Part shown: piece by piece, positions 56,295 to 62,413 of the stretch
Layout: every line of letters begins with the position of its first letter
How positions within the stretch are numbered: position 1 is the first letter of the stretch
Program-made: the position numbers and the translations under genes
The notes under the pieces: model-generated
What the model was told of the DNA's origin: nothing
The model's input: only the letters and a program-made list of their open reading frames with translations
Databases searched by the model: none
Origin: Sphingomonadaceae bacterium
GTDB taxonomy: Bacteria; Chloroflexota; UBA6077
Assembly (NCBI GenBank): GCA_050261575.1
Contig: JBLNDL010000015.1
Span: 1-62,413 of the forward strand
DNA length: 62,413 bases
Direction: 5' to 3'

Positions 56295-56383
56295 GCGTAT
56301 CCCTCACGCAATGGGAACGAGGTAGAGCCTCGAAATCGTGCTTCCCGACCATGCCGCGTATCCCTCACGCAATGGGAACGAGG
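56295..56383. repeat. Two identical 28-bp direct repeats separated by 33 bp
   Basis: GCGTATCCCTCACGCAATGGGAACGAGG at 56295-56322 and 56356-56383. Confidence 0.9.
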
Positions 56384-56537
56384 GGGTGCAGAAAGGCCGG
56401 GTGCCCCCTGCCCGGAGCGTCATCACGGCATAGCGTCGAAGACCACCTCGGAATCCCGCGCAGCGGCCCGAATATTGCATCTTTCTTCTTCCAGTCGCTG
56501 ATGGCTATATACCACATCATTGAAGGAGAGCATATCG

Positions 56538-56753
56538 TTGAGCAGGATTAGCCTTACTTTCGCAAATGCCTCCTGCGCACACTGCGCTCGGGTGGTGACC
56601 CGATCCCTCCAGAAGATGGACGGCGTTCTATCGGTGGAAGTGGATCGCGTTGGCCAACGGGTGCTGGTTGGATACGACTCCACGCGCGTCTCCCTGGATA
56701 CCATCCGCTCCCGCATGGAGGGGGCCGGATACCCCACCCGACTCCTCGGCTGA
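56538..56753 (+). CDS. Heavy-metal-associated (CopZ-like) chaperone
   Basis: SCAHC metal-binding motif, GV..V.V, V.YD, AGY; TTG with AAGGAG RBS. Confidence 0.85.
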   Translation: MSRISLTFANASCAHCARVVTRSLQKMDGVLSVEVDRVGQRVLVGYDSTRVSLDTIRSRMEGAGYPTRLLG

Positions 56754-57076
56754 GGAGCGGTTCCCCTGCCCTGGCAGTCCCCACTGCCAGGGCCCAGCAC
56801 GCCCCACCTTTCTTGTCCTCTCGCTGAGCACCAGACCGCAGTGGCACGGTACCGAGGGAAGCAATGGCCACCCCAGAAACGAAAGCGCGCCGGAGGCACC
56901 GTCACGGTGGTCCGACGCGCCGCAAGGAGGGGACCCCGATCTAACTCAGATTCGAGCAGGGGGACCAGGACCGAGTGTCAGCCGTCCGGCAGCAGATACC
57001 CGCCGCCACGCACGATGGGGCGGCGTCACGCCCACCCGGTGGGGTCGACCCAGTGGCCGTGGACGGGAGGGAACGC

Positions 57077-57340
57077 CTACCTTCTGCGCCGGACCGGGAC
57101 AGGCACCGGCACAGGGATCCCCGTCGGCCCTTCGTTCTCATCGGCTCTCAGCTCCACCGCCATCCAGAAAGCGAGACTCGACGACCCCATGAGCGCGAGG
57201 GCCACCAGCACCGCATGGATCACCTCGACAGTCGAGGGGAAAACGGCCGCCCCGATCGCGACGGCGAAGGCCATCACCGCCATCCAGAGAGAGGCTATCA
57301 GCATCGCTTCGACGCCTCTCTCGCGCAACTGTTCACTCAC
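57077..57340 (-). CDS. Small two-TM hypothetical membrane protein (paralog of 29810-30115)
   Basis: GTG with GGAGGA RBS; WMA..A.A.A......PS.V.V...VL..L pattern shared with 29810-30115. Confidence 0.7.
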   Translation of the reverse strand: MSEQLRERGVEAMLIASLWMAVMAFAVAIGAAVFPSTVEVIHAVLVALALMGSSSLAFWMAVELRADENEGPTGIPVPVPVPVRRRR

Positions 57341-57645
57341 CCTGGTCCTCCAAAGCTCCAAGAAGTCCCCCTGTGATCGAGGCCACTATTGCATACTTGC
57401 CGCATTGGAATCCAATGCCGGCTTTTTCTAGTTACCATCAACTCCGGGTTATCCATCGGCCGGCTTCGGCTCCTTCTCGCACAACTCCCCCACTACAGGA
57501 GTGAGCGGCGGCTCTAGATGGTGCATTGGCAGGATCGGGGCCACACTCGGTAGGCAGGAGTAGGACAACCGGCGAACCGCTGGAATCTGGTCGAACGAGA
57601 GTCTACAATCGCTGTGTGGACAAAGAAGCATTAGGCCGAAGTCTC

Positions 57646-58854
57646 ATGGGCGGAAGCTCCACGGAGCGCACGGGCCGGGTCTTGATCCTCGCCTCCTTCC
57701 TCTCGGCGGCGGGTTTCACCTCGGTCTTCTCCCTTCTGCCCCTCTACATGCGAGATCTGGCCGAGCCCGGTCCCTCCGCCGCCTTCTGGGCTGGCATCGC
57801 CATGGCAGCCACCCCTCTCGGCGGCGCCCTGGCCGCGCCGGTCTGGGGGAGACTGGCCGACCGCTTCGGCTATCGCCCCATGCTGCTACGAGCCCTGGTC
57901 AGCACCTCCCTGATCACCATCCTGATGGCGCTGCCCAACGCCCCATGGCAACTGGTGGCGCTGCGGGCCCTGGCCGGGGCGCTGGGCTCCTTTCAGCCCA
58001 TGGCGATGGGAGCGCTGACCTCCTGGAGCAAGCCGGAGGATCTTTCCCAGGCGATCAGCCGGCTTCAGATGGCCCAGGTCGGAGGTGCGATCCTCGGCCC
58101 GCTCATCGGGGGCGTCGTCGCCGCACTCGCCGCTATCCGGCTCGTGCCGGTGGCAGGTGGGCTGTCGATCGCACTGGGGGTGATCCTGGTCGCCCAATGG
58201 TTCCACGAGCCGAAGATCCGGCGGGCTCAACTCAGGGGGGCCGGTGTGCCGCTGCGCCCGTGGGTCCTGTGGCTTCCCATGGCGACCCTGGTGGCGGTGC
58301 AGTTCACCGACGCTTCCTTCAACCCCATCTTGCCACTCCTGCTCGCCCAGGGCGGGGGCGACGTCGCCACGGTCGCCGCGCTGACGGGGCTGGCCGCCTC
58401 CTTCAACGCCACGGCGGCCGCGGTCGCCTCGGGGGTGGCCGGACGGGGCTTCCAGCAAGGGGTGAAGTCACGCACCATGGTGCTGGTGGCACTTCTACTG
58501 GGTTGCCTGGCCGTGGCCGCCGTGGCGGCTCCCGCACCCTGGGGAGTGGTGGGGATACGGATCATCTGCGGCGGTATAGCCGCCGCACTGTCCGTCGCCG
58601 CCTTCTGCGCTGGAGGACTTCGGGTGCTCCCCGGCCAGCGCGGCTCGGCCTACGGCTGGCTCTCCAGCTCCAGCCAGATTGGCTACGCCTCCAGCCCCAT
58701 GGTAACCGGCGCCCTGGCCGCCATCGACCTCAGGGCGGTGCTGGTGGTGGACGCCCTGCTCTGCCTGGTGGTGGCGGCGGGGTGGGGAGCGGTTCGGCCG
58801 GCCACCGCCCCGACAGGGGCCGACCGGGCGGCGGAGGCAGAGGAAGGGGCGTGA
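57646..58854 (+). CDS. MFS transporter (DHA1/MdtG-like)
   Basis: LPLY, P.WG.LADRFG.RPMLLRA, G.ILGP.IGG. Confidence 0.9.
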   Translation: MGGSSTERTGRVLILASFLSAAGFTSVFSLLPLYMRDLAEPGPSAAFWAGIAMAATPLGGALAAPVWGRLADRFGYRPMLLRALVSTSLITILMALPNAPWQLVALRALAGALGSFQPMAMGALTSWSKPEDLSQAISRLQMAQVGGAILGPLIGGVVAALAAIRLVPVAGGLSIALGVILVAQWFHEPKIRRAQLRGAGVPLRPWVLWLPMATLVAVQFTDASFNPILPLLLAQGGGDVATVAALTGLAASFNATAAAVASGVAGRGFQQGVKSRTMVLVALLLGCLAVAAVAAPAPWGVVGIRIICGGIAAALSVAAFCAGGLRVLPGQRGSAYGWLSSSSQIGYASSPMVTGALAAIDLRAVLVVDALLCLVVAAGWGAVRPATAPTGADRAAEAEEGA

Positions 58855-58930
58855 GCCCTGGAGAGCGAGCCTCGGCCTCCATCGGCGTACACGAAGGCGC
58901 AGACAGAGATGACGGAGAAGGAGGAGAACG

Positions 58931-59719
58931 ATGTCCGCCAGTTCAACCCTTTTGACGGAGGAGATCAGGGAGCTGTCGATGCGGGAGGGCGGCTACCTGT
59001 TCGGAGTGGCCGACGTCGACCGCTTCGAAGGGGCGCCGCGGGGACACCACCCAGCTGAGATCGTGAGGGGCGCCAAGACGGTGATCGCCATCGGGATCCC
59101 GCTGGTGGAGCAGGTGTGCGACTGGGAGGAGATGTACCAGGACTCGGAAATCCTGGGCCCGGAGATCCGCAAGACGCTGCTCCAGGACTACCTCTACTCC
59201 GAGGTCAACTACAACTTCATCAACGACCGTCTGAACCAGATCGCGCTCCGCCTGACCCTCCGCCTTCAGGCCCGGGGCTACCGATCGACCTACTTCCCCG
59301 CGACCTTCGGGCCCGGCTACAGGCAGTACCACGATATGATACCCGGCTGGATGGGGCTCTTCTCCCAGCGACACGCGGCGGTGCGGGCGGGATTGGGGGA
59401 GTTTGGGCTGAACAACGTGGTGGTAACCCCCGAGTACGGGCCCAGAGTGAGGTTCAACACGGTGATCACCCAGGCGCCCCTGACGGTATCGCCCCTGCTG
59501 CGCGAAAAGGCTTGCCTGGGTAGCGGCTGCTCCCTCTGTCTGGAGCAATGCGGCGGCCAGGCGTTGCGGTTGCTGCCGTCCTTCGACGACCGGGAGGTGT
59601 GGCTCAACCCGGTGTCCCGAACCGACATGTCCCGCTGCCGCGAGGCGAGGAAGGAGGCGTTCTGCTACGGTCGCTGCCTCCGGGTCTGTCCGGTGGGCCG
59701 CCACACGACGAGCCGGTAG
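58931..59719 (+). CDS. Epoxyqueuosine reductase (QueG)-like Fe-S protein
   Basis: FGVAD...F..AP, SQRHAAV.AGLG.FG.N...TP.YGPRVR, C....C..C...C and C..C..RC..VCP. Confidence 0.75.
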   Translation: MSASSTLLTEEIRELSMREGGYLFGVADVDRFEGAPRGHHPAEIVRGAKTVIAIGIPLVEQVCDWEEMYQDSEILGPEIRKTLLQDYLYSEVNYNFINDRLNQIALRLTLRLQARGYRSTYFPATFGPGYRQYHDMIPGWMGLFSQRHAAVRAGLGEFGLNNVVVTPEYGPRVRFNTVITQAPLTVSPLLREKACLGSGCSLCLEQCGGQALRLLPSFDDREVWLNPVSRTDMSRCREARKEAFCYGRCLRVCPVGRHTTSR

Positions 59720-59787
59720 CCGTCGGCCTTCAGCCTGGGGCGCTCGGCAGAAACGATCCGCGGAGTGGGTGATGCACAGCGGGTCTG

Positions 59788-61755
59788 TCACCCCGACTCG
59801 GCATCACCACCCTCACTCGCGAGGGGGAGGCTGAAGCGGAAGGTAGAGCCCTTCCCCTCCTCGCTCTCGAACCAGATGCGCCCTCCGTACCGCTCGATGG
59901 TGAGCCTGCTGAGGTAGAGGCTGAGGGGGGCAACACTCTGGTATCCTGGGGCGCCCGGCGGGATCGGCTCGTAGAAGGGCTCGAAGACGTAGGCCTGCCG
60001 CTCCCTGGGAATGCCCACCCCGTGGTCCCTCACCGAAACCACCGCTTCACCCCCCTGGGACTGCACCTGCACCTCGATCTCGCCCCCATCCGGAGAGTAC
60101 TTGATGGCGTTGTCCAGGAGGGCCACCAGCACATCCTCGATCCGTTCCTGGTCCGCCTCGACTGGGATAGCCGCCTTCCGTCGAAAGACCAGGCGGTGGA
60201 TCTCGGTGGTGGACTGCATCTGGGCCACCATCTGCGTGACCAAATCCACCAGGTCGAAGCGCACCCGATGCAGCGGAGGAGGGGCGATCCTCAACCTGGC
60301 GACCTCCAGCATCTCCTGCACCCGTCTGGCGATGCGATCGGCCTGGGTGTTGATCACCTGGAACGCCTTCCCCTCCCTCGGTTCGTGTCCCCCCGGTGCC
60401 CAGTGCTGCATCAGTTGCACGTACCCCTTGATGCTGGTAACCGGAGTCTTTAGCTCGTGGGAGGCCGTGGCCAGGAACTCGTCTCTAAGCCTCTCCTGCT
60501 CCTTGACGCGGGTGATGTCCTCGTACGTGGCGACGGCGCCGACGATCCGCCCCTCGGCGCCCCGTATCGGCGACGAGTTCACCAGGAGGTACAACTCGCG
60601 GCCCGATGGCTGACGGATCACCAACTCCGCACCGACGCAGGACTCGCCTCGGAGCGCGCGGGCGATAGGCATCTCCTGAACGGGGACAGGCTCCCCGCTG
60701 GGTCGCGAGATCCGGTAAAGGACAGCCTGCTCGACTAGGGTCATCCTCGGCGTCGGGACTCTCCCCAGGATGGCCTCGGCGGCCTTGTTGAGAAGCTCCA
60801 CCCGACCGTCTGGCGCCAGGTAGAAAGCGATCCCAACGGGCGCGGTATCGATGAGGGTTTGGAGCCGGCCCCGCTCTCCTTCCGCCTCCTGCCGCAGCAG
60901 CTCCAGCTCGCGGGATCTCTCCAGCTCGCTACGGTAGAGGCCAACGTACTCGGCCAGCAGACCGAACAGCATCATGGAGAAGCCGGCGAGCCAGAGGATA
61001 CGTTGCCAGTACCACCATTGGTCGTAGAACCGCTGGCCGACGATGACCGTCAGCATCGTGAACGCGAGGAACAGTTGGGTGAAAGCCACGTAGCCGAAGA
61101 GCAGGTCACCGGTTCGCCGGTAGCGGCGTGCCGAGAGCACAGCGCCCGCGGCAAAGGCCAGCAAGAGGGCGAAGTCCCAGGAGGTGTTGAGAGGAGTCCA
61201 GGCTCCATCGGCCACCAGCACGGGGAGGGATGGCTCCAGGTCGACCAACAGCCAGCCAACCGCGGCGCCGACGGTCACCCCAGCCACCACCAGCCAGAGC
61301 CACCAACGCTCTCCGGCCGCACTGGCCCGTGGCCATGACACCAAGGTGGACACCAGAAGGAAGATGGCCTGGACGCTGAATTGGAGGTGCCAGAACCAGC
61401 TAGCGGTGTTGAGGTGGTGGCCGATGAGGCTACCCCCGCCTGGCAGGAGGCCGGGCAAGGAGAGGACGTAGAACACCGCGAAGACCGCGAATCCCGTGAA
61501 GGCCACACCAATCCAGAAAGGCGCGAGGTCGCGCAGTACCCGATACCGGCCGAAGCTGAGGAAGGCAATGCTGATGCCCGCCAGCGCCACGAGGCCGTTC
61601 ATCATCGGGGAGTACCAGGGGAGTGCTGCTATGACCTGTCCACGCCCCCAAAGGAGTATCAGGGCGACGTGAAGCACCGCCAAGCCAACGGCGGTGCCCG
61701 CGAGCCAGCGCAGCAGCGGGTAGTCGGACGTTCTACTTCCCACGGGGCGGCCCAT
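59788..61755 (-). CDS. Membrane sensor histidine kinase (MASE-type TM sensor, PAS, HisKA, HATPase)
   Basis: About 8 TM helices, PAS domain, SHELKTP H-box, LLDNAIKYS, DHGVGI, EGKGSTF; start uncertain. Confidence 0.9.
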   Translation of the reverse strand: MGRPVGSRTSDYPLLRWLAGTAVGLAVLHVALILLWGRGQVIAALPWYSPMMNGLVALAGISIAFLSFGRYRVLRDLAPFWIGVAFTGFAVFAVFYVLSLPGLLPGGGSLIGHHLNTASWFWHLQFSVQAIFLLVSTLVSWPRASAAGERWWLWLVVAGVTVGAAVGWLLVDLEPSLPVLVADGAWTPLNTSWDFALLLAFAAGAVLSARRYRRTGDLLFGYVAFTQLFLAFTMLTVIVGQRFYDQWWYWQRILWLAGFSMMLFGLLAEYVGLYRSELERSRELELLRQEAEGERGRLQTLIDTAPVGIAFYLAPDGRVELLNKAAEAILGRVPTPRMTLVEQAVLYRISRPSGEPVPVQEMPIARALRGESCVGAELVIRQPSGRELYLLVNSSPIRGAEGRIVGAVATYEDITRVKEQERLRDEFLATASHELKTPVTSIKGYVQLMQHWAPGGHEPREGKAFQVINTQADRIARRVQEMLEVARLRIAPPPLHRVRFDLVDLVTQMVAQMQSTTEIHRLVFRRKAAIPVEADQERIEDVLVALLDNAIKYSPDGGEIEVQVQSQGGEAVVSVRDHGVGIPRERQAYVFEPFYEPIPPGAPGYQSVAPLSLYLSRLTIERYGGRIWFESEEGKGSTFRFSLPLASEGGDAESG

Positions 61756-61899
61756 ACCACGGTTCGGCACGACTAGTGCCGCCCTCCAATCTAGAGCACC
61801 AGCCAGAGCATGTGAACGCGTTCGCAGCATTCGACATTACATATTACCACTCACCACCTAATCGCTCCGTCCAGTACTGCATCCCTACACCCCGCCGTC

Positions 61900-62224
61900 C
61901 TTGGCCCTCCAACTCGCACCGCCGCACCGCGCTCAGGCTCTCGTGCCCGAGCTCGACCAGCTTACGCTTGGCCTCAGTCGGCAACTCCAGCTTGTTTCAG
62001 CCAGTCCAACCCCACACCTGCCCTTTTACTGGGCGATATGCCCGCGATGCACCCCGTACTCGCCGGCGATCTCGTTCATCGTCCGCTGCCCCTCGATCGC
62101 ATCCAGAGCTACCTTCGCCTCGAACTCCGCGCCGCTTGTACTGCCCCACCTCGACCTTCCCTCGTGCGACTCCTCGGCACAGCCATCCTAACAAGTCACT
62201 CTGTCCAGTTTTCGGGGGATATCA
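61900..62224 (-). mobile_element. Degraded IS3-family remnant (left end, orfA, start of orfB)
   Basis: Left IR TGATATCCCCCGAAAACTGGACA (62224-62202); AEFEAKVALDAIEGQRTMNEIAGEYGVH..IAQ* (HTH_Tnp_1 with premature stop); LDWLK; KRKLVELGHESLSAVRRCEL. Confidence 0.85.
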
Positions 62225-62297
62225 TAGCTAGACCAGGTCTGAAGACAATCCACCATCCGTACTGTGCGATGCCAATCGGGGCTGGTCCAGTTCCCGT

Positions 62298-62362
62298 GTT
62301 GCCTCACAATTAGATCTTACCGAAGGGGCTTCGTTGCCTCATAAAGGGACCTTACCGAAGGG
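62298..62362 (+). repeat. Bipartite direct repeat, period 35 bp
   Basis: GTTGCCTCA-N9-CTTACCGAAGGG, twice. Confidence 0.75.
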
Positions 62363-62413
62363 CATCCTGGTTTGGTATGCCAGGAGGTCCACCCGGTGCC
62401 TGCCTGGCCCATT

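Overview
GC-rich bacterial chromosomal segment, most likely Chloroflexota. This is inferred from the T-box riboswitches, holB-ricT synteny, the dnaB-DnaD-tandem DnaC module, and TctC lipoproteins with Pro/Thr/Ala linkers. It is mostly housekeeping and metabolic genes: leuS, dusB, rplI, dnaB, gdhA, trk/ktr, holB, archaeal-type MAT, pfkA, ald, trpB2, AlaX, speB. There is an IclR-linked catabolic cluster at the left end and an IS3 remnant at the right end. The standout observation is a complete tRNA-Ala(GGC) gene (6828-6902) sitting inside Stem III of an otherwise canonical Leu T-box riboswitch that controls leuS. Other notable items: a Trp T-box on a stand-alone TrpB2; two distant paralogous small membrane proteins sharing an upstream motif; a 3-copy ~72-bp MITE, two copies of which abut stop codons; a CRISPR-like 28/33/28-bp repeat; a rhomboid-YggT fusion; and a histidine kinase with a degenerate G2 box. 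All calls come from reading the sequence by eye; no database searches were run.
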